The notes under the pieces: model-generated | Database searches by the model: none | Told to the model about the DNA's origin: nothing | The model's input: only the letters and a program-made list of their open reading frames with translations | Shown here: piece by piece, positions 48,803 to 59,244 of the stretch | How the letters are laid out: every line of letters starts with the position of its first letter | How positions within the stretch are numbered: position 1 is the stretch's first letter | Program-made: the position numbers and the translations under genes | Source of the DNA: an uncultured Candidatus Saccharibacteria bacterium | GTDB lineage: Bacteria > Patescibacteriota > Minisyncoccia > Minisyncoccales > JAGMDC01 | NCBI GenBank assembly: GCA_964615205.1 | Contig: CAZTQA010000002.1 | Span: forward strand, 53,286-117,285 | Length of the DNA: 64,000 nt | Direction of reading: 5' to 3'

Positions 48803-49357
48803 TTATTGAAAAACTTCTCTTAGGGCAGTTTCTTCAGCTAAAATTCCTACTAACTTGGCTAATCTTTCAGCTCTTTTCTTCATTTCTTCTTCTGTAACTG
48901 AATTAACTTCTTCTACTGAAGCAGCCACAAAGTCTCCTGAGTCAGAAATGCCTAATTCGCTTGCTAATTTTGCAAATTTAGCTTTTATTTCTGTTTCACT
49001 TTCTCCTCTATCATATCTTCCTCCGCAACCAGTAATAGAGCCAACGATTTCTCCCCTTACTTTAATAGGAACCCAGAGTGAAGCATAACCAGCATGGCAA
49101 TCCATAAAAGCGGGCTCTTTCTGGGTTTTGACTAGACCAAGAGCCATTTTATAACATTCCTCGCATTTTTCTTTTCCTTTTGGCGTACCCATAATCAACT
49201 GACAAACTCGCTGGGCTCCGCTCATCTTGGTGACTAAATTTCCTTCCCTATCTGTGGTAACGATTTGAGCGCCGACGCTCTCGGCAAAATCGTCTTGAAG
49301 TTTTTGAAGGTTTCTTAAAAACCATTTAGCTTCCTCGGAAATATTCTTTTCAACCAT
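48803..49357 (-). CDS. Standalone PocR-type sensory domain protein
   Basis: LQKLQDDFAESVG; C...C...CHAG; VPIKVRGEIVG. Confidence 0.75.
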   Translation of the reverse strand: MVEKNISEEAKWFLRNLQKLQDDFAESVGAQIVTTDREGNLVTKMSGAQRVCQLIMGTPKGKEKCEECYKMALGLVKTQKEPAFMDCHAGYASLWVPIKVRGEIVGSITGCGGRYDRGESETEIKAKFAKLASELGISDSGDFVAASVEEVNSVTEEEMKKRAERLAKLVGILAEETALREVFQ

Positions 49358-49479
49358 AATAAATTAAGTTTATTTTTTTATTAATCTAAAGCGACCTTTA
49401 CTATATTGTAAACTTTTTTAAAAATATGGCAAACTTTCTACTCTTGATTTAATTTAAAAAATAGGATATAATATAGTTT

Positions 49480-50364
49480 ATGCGATTAGTAATCACTTTT
49501 GCAGCCATCATAATTGTTTTAATAATTATTGGTGTCCAATTAGGACAAGATTCCCAAAAAAACTGGGCTGGTTTTGGATTAGCTAATTTTTTTGAAGGTG
49601 CAAAAAAAAACCTGCCCCAAGAAACCATAAAGGAAGAAGAAAAAGAAACCGAACCTGAAGAAATTGAAGAACTCACTGAATCTCCCTACATTGGAAAAAT
49701 AAAAATCTCTGGAGTAAGCATTAATTCTTCTAATGAAATAGGAAAAATAACTTTAAGCACTCGCTTAGAAAAAAAAGAAACCATAAACATAACTGGCTGG
49801 AAATTAGAGGGAGAAGGAGGAACTTATATTGTTCCTCTAGGCACAAAAGAATACAGCTTTACTCCTTCTCAAGAAAAAGAAACAAAAGATATTGTTATTG
49901 AAAAAGGAGATGGAATATATCTTTCCACCACCGAAACTCCTTTAGGAAAAACTAATGCTTTTCAAATAAATAAATGTTTTGGTTATCTTAAGAATTATTA
50001 TGATTTTGAAATATCTGTTTCAAAGATATGTCCTAAGCCAGGAAAAGAAGATATCCTTTACCTTAGCGGATGCTGCTCAAAATTTATTCTTGGACTTAAT
50101 AGATGCGAACTACCAGATTATTCTGAAGAAGAGGAAATTATTAATGATGCAGAATGCAAGGACTATCTTTTTAATAATCTTAATTACAGCGGCTGTTCTA
50201 AAAATTACTCCCAAGATGATGACTTTTTAAAAAATGAATGGCATATCTATATGAATAAGGACATTCTCGTCTTTGATGATTGGGACACACTTTACTTAAA
50301 AGATGACAAAGGATTTGTGGTGGATAGTTATTTTTACGGCTGCCCTACTTGTCTTAAAGATTAA
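49480..50364 (+). CDS. Membrane-anchored Cys-rich hypothetical protein (lamin-tail-like)
   Basis: N-terminal TM; INITGWKL and DTLYLKDDKGFVVD LTD-like ends around a Cys-rich insert; the only convincing plus-strand gene. Confidence 0.65.
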   Translation: MRLVITFAAIIIVLIIIGVQLGQDSQKNWAGFGLANFFEGAKKNLPQETIKEEEKETEPEEIEELTESPYIGKIKISGVSINSSNEIGKITLSTRLEKKETINITGWKLEGEGGTYIVPLGTKEYSFTPSQEKETKDIVIEKGDGIYLSTTETPLGKTNAFQINKCFGYLKNYYDFEISVSKICPKPGKEDILYLSGCCSKFILGLNRCELPDYSEEEEIINDAECKDYLFNNLNYSGCSKNYSQDDDFLKNEWHIYMNKDILVFDDWDTLYLKDDKGFVVDSYFYGCPTCLKD

Positions 50365-52130
50365 TTCTTTAAACTTTCAAGCACTGTTTCAAAATCTTTT
50401 TCTGCAAGAGCAAAATAAAATTGATCGTCTAAGTCGTTAATGACGCCAACATAGGCATTAACTCCGTGGCAAATAGAATCTGTTCTTACGTACTTATCCT
50501 TATAATTCCAAAATAATCCTCCCTGGGATATTTGAGAATTAGGTAAAGAAAAAGAATTCTCCTGCGTATAAGTATTCTGATTTAACCAGAATATTATTTT
50601 TATTATCCCTTCCTTATAGTTATTACAATCATTTTGTTTTTCTTCCTGGCAAAAATAATACATCTCCATCATTACTTCTGCCAGCCATCCATTACCGCTG
50701 CTGGAATAAGCACCGTTAAAAGAACCAAAAGAAAGAGGGTCGTCTTTGTTCTGACTTTGTCTTTTTAAAAGTTCCTGGCTGCATCTTAAAATTATATCCC
50801 TGTGTTCTTTTTTCCCCTCTATCTTATAGAAATCCCAGAGAGACATTACTACCCAGGCACTGGAAATAGGATTTTTGATTCTGTAATCGTCTCCTAGATA
50901 ACATCCTTCTTCTGCTACCTTGTTAACAAATTTCTGAGCGATTTTTTGAGCGCTTTGAAAATATTTTTCCTCCTCGGTTTCTCTATAAAGGCGAGAAAAG
51001 GCTGAAAGAACCTGTCCGTTATACAGCAAAGATTCCTGTTTGGATTCATACCAATTTCCCTGCACTAATTTTCTTCGATAGGATTGCATGCTTCCGTCTT
51101 CCTTCTGCATAGTAATCAACCAATTCCCGGCCAATCTAGCTGCTTCTAAATATTGACGCTTTTCTTCTCTTTGATACAAATCTAATAAAGTGAAAATGCT
51201 TAGGGCAGCTGTTCCGACTACAAACTTTTCCTCTTTTTCTTCTTTATTCAGATCATAAGAGTAGTGAAAAGCTCCATAATTGAGGTCAGTTTCGTCTCTG
51301 TTCTGCATAAACAAAAGAAAATCAGTCCCTTCTGAAACAGCTTCTAAAATCTTAGGATCTTTATCATAGTCATAAATCTTAAGAAGAGTGTAAACAATAG
51401 AAGCTGAATAGACAGCATGAACTATGTTGCCGAAATCATCATTTAAGGCATCATACTTTTTATAAAATCCGCCCGTTTCTTCATTTTGAGCCCTGAAAAG
51501 AAATTCTTTAGCTTCCTGAATATTCTCTTCTATTATTTCCTTGTTTAAATCACGGTAGATAACCAGTCCTTTCTGGACTTCCTTTCCTTGATTTTTATAT
51601 TCTACAAAAGAAAACTCCTTACTAGAATTATAATTAAAAGTAATTAAAAATACTGTTTTTTCAATATTTTCCTTTAATCTGGAAAAGGGATTCTTTAATG
51701 TTTCTTGAACCGTTTTTTCTAAAGCAGGAGCTAAGAACCCATTTTCGCTCTGGCTTCTTCCTTCTTCTTCTAATTTCCCCTCTAAATAAGCAGATATTTT
51801 AATATCCCAGTTGCCTTCAATTTCTAATTCCTGAGGATAAGGATTGTCTTTATTCTCAAGAAAATTCACAGCTGCTTGTCTTACGAATTTTACAACTGAA
51901 TTCCTAAATTCAGTTAAATTAGTAATCTCTTTTTCTTTCTCTGTTTTTTGTGAATTATTTGAAGATTGTGGATTCTCATTTTTTTCCGAAGAAACTTCTA
52001 ATGGGTTTGAATCATTGAATTCTGTTTCCTTTTTAGAAAATTCAAAAATACCTATCTCAACCAGAAAAGCCATGACTATTATTAATAAAATATAAAGCCA
52101 GTTGGTATGATTATTTTTCAGGAATTTCAT
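50361..52130 (-). CDS. Membrane-anchored protein with probable alpha/alpha-toroid domain
   Basis: Repeats of YLEAARLAGNWL..MQ..DG type; function not assignable. Confidence 0.55.
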   Translation of the reverse strand: MKFLKNNHTNWLYILLIIVMAFLVEIGIFEFSKKETEFNDSNPLEVSSEKNENPQSSNNSQKTEKEKEITNLTEFRNSVVKFVRQAAVNFLENKDNPYPQELEIEGNWDIKISAYLEGKLEEEGRSQSENGFLAPALEKTVQETLKNPFSRLKENIEKTVFLITFNYNSSKEFSFVEYKNQGKEVQKGLVIYRDLNKEIIEENIQEAKEFLFRAQNEETGGFYKKYDALNDDFGNIVHAVYSASIVYTLLKIYDYDKDPKILEAVSEGTDFLLFMQNRDETDLNYGAFHYSYDLNKEEKEEKFVVGTAALSIFTLLDLYQREEKRQYLEAARLAGNWLITMQKEDGSMQSYRRKLVQGNWYESKQESLLYNGQVLSAFSRLYRETEEEKYFQSAQKIAQKFVNKVAEEGCYLGDDYRIKNPISSAWVVMSLWDFYKIEGKKEHRDIILRCSQELLKRQSQNKDDPLSFGSFNGAYSSSGNGWLAEVMMEMYYFCQEEKQNDCNNYKEGIIKIIFWLNQNTYTQENSFSLPNSQISQGGLFWNYKDKYVRTDSICHGVNAYVGVINDLDDQFYFALAEKDFETVLESLKN

Positions 52131-52512
52131 AGGGAAAAAAGATTACTATCAAAAGCCATAAAACCATAGAAATCAAAATTACAGGTAAGATTCCTGAATA
52201 ACCCACAGCTGAAGCCCTGATTAAATCATTCAAAGCACTGGATAAAACCACAATTAAAACCAGCCATTTGTCCTTAACTGGATTAGAAATAGCTAATAAA
52301 GCCGCTAAACCCATAATGAGGAAATAAACTCCTAATCCTTTAGAGGCCATAACCATCCAGGGATGACCAGCCTCAAAATAAGGCTGGTTTATTAGTTCAT
52401 GTCCCTGCTGAGGAAAAAATATATGGTCCAAGCCAAGACTAAACAAAAAAACTGCCATCAGCAAAAGAACTGTTCTAATAATTTTTAATTTAATATCAAT
52501 TCTTACCAACAT
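52111..52512 (-). CDS. Small four-TM membrane protein
   Basis: Four hydrophobic segments. Confidence 0.6.
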   Translation of the reverse strand: MLVRIDIKLKIIRTVLLLMAVFLFSLGLDHIFFPQQGHELINQPYFEAGHPWMVMASKGLGVYFLIMGLAALLAISNPVKDKWLVLIVVLSSALNDLIRASAVGYSGILPVILISMVLWLLIVIFFPYEIPEK

Positions 52513-52530
52513 AATTTATCTATTATATCA

Positions 52531-52583
52531 AAAAACCGCCCTTACTAAAAGGCGGAATGAGTGAGGCCGAACCTCACTCAAAA
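52531..52583. repeat. 53-bp double-hairpin direct repeat, copy 1
   Basis: 49/53 identical to 58251-58303; supplies the TGA stop of the adjacent gene. Confidence 0.9.
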
Positions 52584-53000
52584 TGACATCGTATCTGTTC
52601 TTAGCTGGATTGACTGGGCAGTAATGCTTCCATCTTGGTTTGTTTTTCCATTGATTGTAACCGAGCTTCCAATTTCAAGATCATCTGATACTCCGTTTAC
52701 AAATTTACTTATTTCTGTACTGTCTGAATAAAAAATGATTTTTGATCCGCCGTCAGGCAGTTTTATGGTAATACTTTGTTCATCTTTTGAAATAATCTCT
52801 CCGCTGGCAAAACCTGCACTTGTCCGATTGCTTACCCTACCAGCTCCTGCGCCTATATCAGCCATTCCCATTTCTTGAAACTTTTGTTGTCTTTCTTCTG
52901 AAGTTAAATCGCCGGTTTGGGCATATTTCATTCCTCCTAAAAAGCCACCTGTGCCCACTAATGCAGTTATGGCTATAATGATTATAAAATTTTTGTTCAT
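52578..53000 (-). CDS. Membrane-anchored OB-fold (DUF5666-like) protein
   Basis: GEIISKDEQSITIKLPDGGSKI...DGSITAQSIQL. Confidence 0.65.
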   Translation of the reverse strand: MNKNFIIIIAITALVGTGGFLGGMKYAQTGDLTSEERQQKFQEMGMADIGAGAGRVSNRTSAGFASGEIISKDEQSITIKLPDGGSKIIFYSDSTEISKFVNGVSDDLEIGSSVTINGKTNQDGSITAQSIQLRTDTMSF

Positions 53001-53023
53001 ATTTTTATTTTAAATTTAATTTA

Positions 53024-54247
53024 TTACTCGTACCTCAATGCTTCTATGGGACTAAGTGAAGCGGCACGCCTGGCTGGATAATAGCCAAAACCTATGCCAA
53101 TAGCAGCAGATACGCCAAAAGCCAAAACAACAGAAAACAATGAAATACTTGTTGCCATTCCTCCAAATTTGCTAATAAGTAAAGAGATAAACCAGCCCAG
53201 AAGAATACCTGCAATTCCACCGATAAAGGTAAGCATAGTTGCTTCTGAAAGAAACTGCAAACTGATATCTTTTTTCTTAGCCCCTATGGCCTTACGCAAG
53301 CCAATTTCCCGTGTTCGTTCTGTTACGGTTGTCAGCATCATATTCATAATCCCGATACCACCCACTATTAGAGAAATACCTGCAATAGCAGCCAAAAGCA
53401 CAGTAAAAGTACTGGTTACAGAAGAAGCTGTTTCTATAATGTCAGCCTGATTCATAACAGAGAAATCAGCTGTTTGAGAATCGGAAATATTGTGTCGAAT
53501 GAGTAAGAGATTGGTAACCTGCTCCTGAACATTGGCTGTATATTTTGAATCCTGGGCTTGCACATTGATAGTGCTAACATAATCATCACCAGCTAAAAAT
53601 TGTTGGGCCGTAGAAAGAGGAATAAAAATACTATCATCCTGACTATTCATGCCTGTCCCACCCTTTGCTTCCGCAATACCAATGATTGTAAAATCAATCC
53701 TGTTTATTCTAATCTTCTCTCCAACAGGATTAACATTCTCTCCGAATAAATCATCGCGGGTTGTTGGTCCTAAAACAGCCACTTTTGATAAATTGGATAC
53801 ATGCTGGTCAGAAATAAAAGAACCTAATTCTATTTCAAGATTTCTCACCTGGCTATAGGAGGCCACTGTGCCAATAACTGAAGTATTAGTGTTTGCGCCT
53901 TTAGCTGTAATCTGATATCTGCCTGAAACCTCTGAAGCTACTGCTTCTATAAAAGAAACCTGTTCCTGAATGGCTTCAGCATCTTCTTGAGTAAGCGTTT
54001 GAGCTGAACCTCGGCTGGAACGCACCTGCGATCCTGGTCCCATCTCAAATCCTGGCATAACCATTATTAAATTTGAACCAATGCCTTCGATGCTGGATTG
54101 TATTTCTCCCTGGGCGCCCTGTCCAATGGAAATCATGGCCACTACTGAACCAATGCCAATAACTATGCCCAAAATCGTCAGCCCTGACCTGACTTTGTTC
54201 ATTGATATGGCGGAAAATGTTTCTTGTAATAAGTCAGAGAACATCAT
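53024..54247 (-). CDS. MacB/FtsX-family ABC permease
   Basis: RSGLTILGIVIGIGSV; GGIGIMNMMLTTVTERTREIGLRKAIGA; PIEALRYE. Confidence 0.92.
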   Translation of the reverse strand: MMFSDLLQETFSAISMNKVRSGLTILGIVIGIGSVVAMISIGQGAQGEIQSSIEGIGSNLIMVMPGFEMGPGSQVRSSRGSAQTLTQEDAEAIQEQVSFIEAVASEVSGRYQITAKGANTNTSVIGTVASYSQVRNLEIELGSFISDQHVSNLSKVAVLGPTTRDDLFGENVNPVGEKIRINRIDFTIIGIAEAKGGTGMNSQDDSIFIPLSTAQQFLAGDDYVSTINVQAQDSKYTANVQEQVTNLLLIRHNISDSQTADFSVMNQADIIETASSVTSTFTVLLAAIAGISLIVGGIGIMNMMLTTVTERTREIGLRKAIGAKKKDISLQFLSEATMLTFIGGIAGILLGWFISLLISKFGGMATSISLFSVVLAFGVSAAIGIGFGYYPARRAASLSPIEALRYE

Positions 54248-54959
54248 GGTTTATAAAACGTTGCTTTTTATTTTGATCGTCTTCCACAATATTACCATCA
54301 ATAATATGAATAATCCTGTTGGCGTGTTCAGCTACATAACGCTCGTGAGTAATGAGAACAATGGTTCTTTTCTGTTCAAAATTAAGCTTTTGAAATGTCT
54401 CCAAAACAATCTGGCCTGTTTTTGTATCAAGATTGCCAGTGGGTTCATCAGCTAAAATAAGTGAAGGGTTATTTACCAGAGCTCGGGCAATAGCCACTCT
54501 TTGCATCTGTCCTCCGGAGAGTTGATTGGAAAGGTGTCCAAAACGAGATTCTTCCAAACCAGCATCAAGAAGAGCTGTTTTAGCTTTTTTTTCCCGTTCC
54601 TCTCGAGGAACACCCGCATAAATAAGGGGCAGGATAACATTGCGAAGGACTGTAGTCCGAGGCAGTAAATTAAAAGACTGAAAAATAAAACCAACCTTGT
54701 CTTTTCTAATATCTGCCAATTCTTCATCAGAAAGCTGGGATACATCTTGTCCATTCAAAAAAAACTTACCCTTGGTAGGAGTGTCCAAGCATCCTAAAAT
54801 ATGCATTAAAGTTGATTTGCCTGACCCAGAGGGACCCGTAATAGCCACAAATTCTCCATCTTTGATAGAAAAAGAAACACCCTTAAGCACTTGAGTTTCT
54901 ATTTCGCTATCCGTGGAACCGCTTTTATAAGTTTTAGTAATGTTTTGAACTTCAATCAT
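54234..54959 (-). CDS. ABC ATPase, MacB/LolD type
   Basis: [29 protein letters not shown]. Confidence 0.93.
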   Translation of the reverse strand: MIEVQNITKTYKSGSTDSEIETQVLKGVSFSIKDGEFVAITGPSGSGKSTLMHILGCLDTPTKGKFFLNGQDVSQLSDEELADIRKDKVGFIFQSFNLLPRTTVLRNVILPLIYAGVPREEREKKAKTALLDAGLEESRFGHLSNQLSGGQMQRVAIARALVNNPSLILADEPTGNLDTKTGQIVLETFQKLNFEQKRTIVLITHERYVAEHANRIIHIIDGNIVEDDQNKKQRFINHDVL

Positions 54960-54960
54960 T

Positions 54961-56871
54961 TTAACGCATCATTCTTATCATGTCTTGCATTTCTCCGCTG
55001 CCTCCAAAATTACTGCTTGATTGACTTGGAGTAGAACCTGAATTTATGGTTTGAATAACCACAATATCGCCTTCTTCAAGACCATCAATAATTTCTGTCA
55101 TAGTATCATTAGACAAACCAATTTGAATCTGCTGTATTTTCAAACTTGAATCCGGTACGGCTGCGCCAGAAACATTTGCTGCAGCTAAATCAGATCCAAC
55201 ACTCGAGCCGTCTATTAATTGAACATAATTTATATCCCCCTGCTGTTTTATGGCTGAACTGGAAATCACAAGAGCATTTTGTTTAGAATCGGTAATAATA
55301 CTGACAGAGAGACTCATTCCTGATTTTAAACGTTCATCTTTTTGAGCATCAAGAGAAATCTTAACGTCATAGGTTACCACACCTTGATTTACAGAACCCA
55401 GAGAATCAACCTCAATTATCTTACCCGTAAGGGTTAAGCCATCTATAGCATCAAGAGTTAAAGTGGCAAGCTGGCCCAGTTCCACTTTGGCAATATCTAG
55501 TTCGTTAAGAGTAATTTCAGCTATTTTTTGTTCACTAATAATGGTTGCCATAGCAAACCCCAATGAAACTGAATCTCCTTTTTCTACCTCTATTTCAGCT
55601 ACAATCCCATCAATGGGAGAAAAAATTCGGCAATCAATTAGATTCTGTTTGGCTGTGAGTAATGCTTCTTCTTTTTGCCGAATAGCAATTCTTTTAGCCC
55701 GGACTTCCAATTCATCAGCCCCTTCAGTTATTTCTGCCAGGTTCTCTTTTTTTTCTTTAAGAGTTATTTCAGCTTCTTGCAAATCAAGGGGCTGGGTTTT
55801 CTTTACGTCCCTTAAATTCTCTTCAGCTTCTAATTTAGCGTCTCTACTATCTTCGAGCGACCTTTGAATAGATGAAAGATTTGAGAGAAGAGTATTTGTT
55901 TTGGAGTTATAATTTTTTAAATCTGACTGGTAATTAGTTATTTTATCACAAACAGGCCAATCGTTTTTGGTAAAGTAATCAATAATAAAATTGATAAAAG
56001 TGATTTCGGCTTTGATTACTTCCGTAAGTGATTTTGTTGTTTCTATGGTCTCATTAAGTAAAGCATCTATTGTTTCTTTCTCTGAATAACGATTAGCGTT
56101 TTTATAGTTCTCGAAATTTTCATCATAGTTTGCTTGGACTAATTCGTAACCTTCTTCAGCTTCTTTGATGATTTTACTATCAACGTAGAAATAATTTTTA
56201 TAAGCACAGCTGTTAGTCTGGCATCCACTCATTCCCCAACCACTTTTTGCAATCTCGTCACTGTATAGAATATCTTCTATTTCTATAATAAGTGTGGGTA
56301 ATTCTAAAAAAGCGTTTGTGACAGCATTAAGACTATCTTCATAGGCTTCTTCAATGTCTTTCTCTGTATTCTCCACGGATTCCAGAGCCTTCTGGTACTC
56401 TTTTTCTTGATTTAATTTTAATCTCTCTAGAGAATTCTCCGCTTCCAAAACTGCATTTTGAGCCTTTAAAAGAGTAAGCTCGTCAGTGGAATTTATTAAT
56501 TCCTCTAATTTAAGTTTTTCCATTTCAAGAGAAATTTCGGATTCCTCCACTGCCTGCTCGTAATCTGCTGAATCTAATTCTGCTATCAAATCCCCTGCTT
56601 CTATTTTTTCTCCCTTTAGAACATAAACTCTAACAACATCTCCTTTGACTTTAAATTCAATATTAACTTCATCAGAAACTGATACCTGCCCGCTTCCCTC
56701 AACCGAAGCAATAAGGGTGCCCCTTTCTACTGCCGCAGTCACATAACGAATTATCTCTCCGTCATTGGTTAATTTCTGATAGCCAAAATAACCTCCTATA
56801 ATAACTAAGAGTATAAGCAGAACTAATATAAATCTATGTTTAAGTATTTTCGAGGGTAATTTAATTGACAT
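54961..56871 (-). CDS. Membrane fusion/adaptor protein with long coiled coil
   Basis: N-terminal TM, lipoyl-like halves, extended hairpin, GLSNDTMTEIIDGLEEGD. Confidence 0.88.
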   Translation of the reverse strand: MSIKLPSKILKHRFILVLLILLVIIGGYFGYQKLTNDGEIIRYVTAAVERGTLIASVEGSGQVSVSDEVNIEFKVKGDVVRVYVLKGEKIEAGDLIAELDSADYEQAVEESEISLEMEKLKLEELINSTDELTLLKAQNAVLEAENSLERLKLNQEKEYQKALESVENTEKDIEEAYEDSLNAVTNAFLELPTLIIEIEDILYSDEIAKSGWGMSGCQTNSCAYKNYFYVDSKIIKEAEEGYELVQANYDENFENYKNANRYSEKETIDALLNETIETTKSLTEVIKAEITFINFIIDYFTKNDWPVCDKITNYQSDLKNYNSKTNTLLSNLSSIQRSLEDSRDAKLEAEENLRDVKKTQPLDLQEAEITLKEKKENLAEITEGADELEVRAKRIAIRQKEEALLTAKQNLIDCRIFSPIDGIVAEIEVEKGDSVSLGFAMATIISEQKIAEITLNELDIAKVELGQLATLTLDAIDGLTLTGKIIEVDSLGSVNQGVVTYDVKISLDAQKDERLKSGMSLSVSIITDSKQNALVISSSAIKQQGDINYVQLIDGSSVGSDLAAANVSGAAVPDSSLKIQQIQIGLSNDTMTEIIDGLEEGDIVVIQTINSGSTPSQSSSNFGGSGEMQDMIRMMR

Positions 56872-56881
56872 ATTATAAAAT

Positions 56882-57667
56882 TTATTTTCCTGGAACTATA
56901 GGTATACGATGCGGCACAATCATATTTCTTGGTTGGGGTCTATAATTTTTAGAAGGAATATTAAGATTGTCATCAATCTTACGAACATCAGAGGCCCGTA
57001 CAGTGCCGTTGTCTCTTTCTCCTAAGATTATTACTGTATCTGATTCTTTGATTCCTGTTCCAAAAGGAAAACGAGTTTCGGAGCTTACGATAACTTCTAA
57101 TATTTCCCCATCAGACATCTCAACGCGGAAACCATCATCTGTTATTTCAGAAACAACACCGCGATGCACATCCTGAAATTTAGGCGCACTAAATCCACGG
57201 TAAAATTCTCCGGCTATTGGCGGCAAACGACCTTCTTGGGCTTGCCGAAAAAGAAAAGGATGAAATTGGGTCTTATTGATCAAAAAACTGCTTACAACCA
57301 CAATCAAAACAATGGCTATAGTTGAATAAAGAATGGGTCGGCGGTAAGCAAAAGAAAAACGTTCCACAAGTGTTTCCAAAATTACAATCAGAAACAGAGC
57401 TGTTAACACTAATAGCCAAGGTATTGAAGTAAATAAGATTCTGACACCATGGAAACCAAAACCCGGTAAAAACCATAGCCCACTAGCGCGCAAGGTAAAA
57501 GTAACAAAACTAATCAAATACAAAATAAACAAAGCTAAAACAACTATGCCAAGAACAATTAAAAGCGTTCTTAAAATAAAGTGTATTTTCGGCTTCATTT
57601 TAACTTTATCTGTTTTTAATTTAGAAAGCACTTTTTCAGCTAATTGTTTGGGTAAATTGTTGTTCAT
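56882..57667 (-). CDS. Three-TM protein with C-terminal OB-like domain, putative anti-sigma
   Basis: Overlaps the sigma gene end; KMKPKIHF N-terminus; three TM segments. Confidence 0.6.
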   Translation of the reverse strand: MNNNLPKQLAEKVLSKLKTDKVKMKPKIHFILRTLLIVLGIVVLALFILYLISFVTFTLRASGLWFLPGFGFHGVRILFTSIPWLLVLTALFLIVILETLVERFSFAYRRPILYSTIAIVLIVVVSSFLINKTQFHPFLFRQAQEGRLPPIAGEFYRGFSAPKFQDVHRGVVSEITDDGFRVEMSDGEILEVIVSSETRFPFGTGIKESDTVIILGERDNGTVRASDVRKIDDNLNIPSKNYRPQPRNMIVPHRIPIVPGK

Positions 57668-58214
57668 AGATTAATTTCATAATTTGTTTGCCTCTTTTTA
57701 ACCTCACTCCTACCGTAGCAATGGGAATACGAAGTACGTCAGAGATTTCCTTATAATTCAATTCCTCAAAATAATAAAGCACCAGCGGTTCACGATATTT
57801 TGGATCCAACTCACTAAGACATTTATCAAGCATCTCTTGTAATTCCCGATCATTCGCTTCCTTTTCCGCAGTTTCATTTGATGCAGGATGGGGAAAAAGA
57901 GTATCTAAATTAAAAAAAGGTAAATGTTCTCTCTTTTTTTTCTTAATGGCATTAATGAATTCATTATGGGCAATGCGGTAAAGCCAAGAGGAAAATTTTC
58001 TTGATGCATCAAAGCTTTGTATATTGACATAGGCCTTAATAAATACTTCCTGCACAATATCTTCTATCTCTTCATGGCTAAAAAGGAATTTTTTAGCATA
58101 GCGCATTATCTTATCTTCGTAACGTCTAATCAAAATCCCGAACAGATCAGTCTTCCCTGCCTGAACTAAACGAGCAATTTCCTCGTCTGATTTCTCTGAC
58201 TCTTTTTGTTCCAT
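57636..58214 (-). CDS. ECF sigma factor (SigW/SigE-like)
   Basis: EDIVQEVFIKAY, FSSWLYRIAHN, YKEISDVLRIPIATVGVRLKRGK. Confidence 0.92.
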   Translation of the reverse strand: MEQKESEKSDEEIARLVQAGKTDLFGILIRRYEDKIMRYAKKFLFSHEEIEDIVQEVFIKAYVNIQSFDASRKFSSWLYRIAHNEFINAIKKKKREHLPFFNLDTLFPHPASNETAEKEANDRELQEMLDKCLSELDPKYREPLVLYYFEELNYKEISDVLRIPIATVGVRLKRGKQIMKLIYEQQFTQTIS

Positions 58215-58250
58215 AGAATTACTACAACAAAATTGCAGCTTTTATTTCAT

Positions 58251-58303
58251 AAAAACCGCCTTCGCTAGAAGGCGGAATGAGTGAGGCCGAACCTCACTCA
58301 AAA
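58251..58303. repeat. 53-bp double-hairpin direct repeat, copy 2
   Basis: Same unit as 52531-52583; overlaps the last codons and stop of 58294-59106. Confidence 0.9.
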
Positions 58304-59106
58304 CGGCAGGTATCTTTATTCCAATTGAGCACTCTATAATCGCTTTCCGGACAAGGGTCATCCATAGATTGCATTATGTCCGGCACTTTCTTAATTATCA
58401 TTTTCTCATCTAATAAACTTATTTTTAATCCGTAATCCGATTCAGCTACTCCATTGTTTTCTGCCAAGGAAGTATTATTTATGGTTTGAACTTCTTCAAA
58501 ACTATTATTTTTTATTTTAAATAGAGCTGCATTGCCAAAACAGCATGTTCTATTAGGGCAGCCGTGCGAAACAAAGGCAATATATTTTATTCCTTGGCAA
58601 TCATAAAATCCGAACCCACCTTGATCTCCTCCAAATTGTACTTGATCTGTATAAAAATCATAGTCTTCACTGTCGTAAGAAGAAGTAGATGTTAAAAGAC
58701 TTCCATTTTTATCAAACAAACCAAGATAGGTATGATATAATCCATCAACATGTGGTACGCCATCAAGTCGAACAATTAAGAGCAATGTTTTCTCTTTATT
58801 ATTTGCGAAATAACCCTCAATAGAATCTTCTAAATAAAGATTGAAATGTTCAGAATGCGTTTCTGTGTGATTGGCTATGCCGTCAGTGAAGGTTAAATTA
58901 GGAAAAAGCTTATGAAGCAATACATCTTTATCTAACTTAGAAAAATCATTTCTTGGATGTTTTATAGCTTCCGGAGATTCAATGTTTGGCGTTCCGGTAA
59001 AGTAACATTCATAGGTTAATTTAAATACAACAGCCGTAATTATTAATACGGCTATAAGAATTATTATCAAGGGTATTGATATTCCCCTATTTAAATCTTT
59101 AAACAT
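58294..59106 (-). CDS. Membrane-anchored hypothetical protein
   Basis: N-terminal RGIS followed by a hydrophobic segment; several Cys. Confidence 0.6.
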   Translation of the reverse strand: MFKDLNRGISIPLIIILIAVLIITAVVFKLTYECYFTGTPNIESPEAIKHPRNDFSKLDKDVLLHKLFPNLTFTDGIANHTETHSEHFNLYLEDSIEGYFANNKEKTLLLIVRLDGVPHVDGLYHTYLGLFDKNGSLLTSTSSYDSEDYDFYTDQVQFGGDQGGFGFYDCQGIKYIAFVSHGCPNRTCCFGNAALFKIKNNSFEEVQTINNTSLAENNGVAESDYGLKISLLDEKMIIKKVPDIMQSMDDPCPESDYRVLNWNKDTCRFE

Positions 59107-59244
59107 AAATTTATCATTCTATTTTTTTTCGAAAATTTTACTGCTTTTTTTATCCATTATTTTTTCTTAATCGCCTTTAAAAAAGACGACTGAAATTAAA
59201 AGTTTAATTCTCGTATTTTAATACGTAGTTTATCTGCCCTAAGT

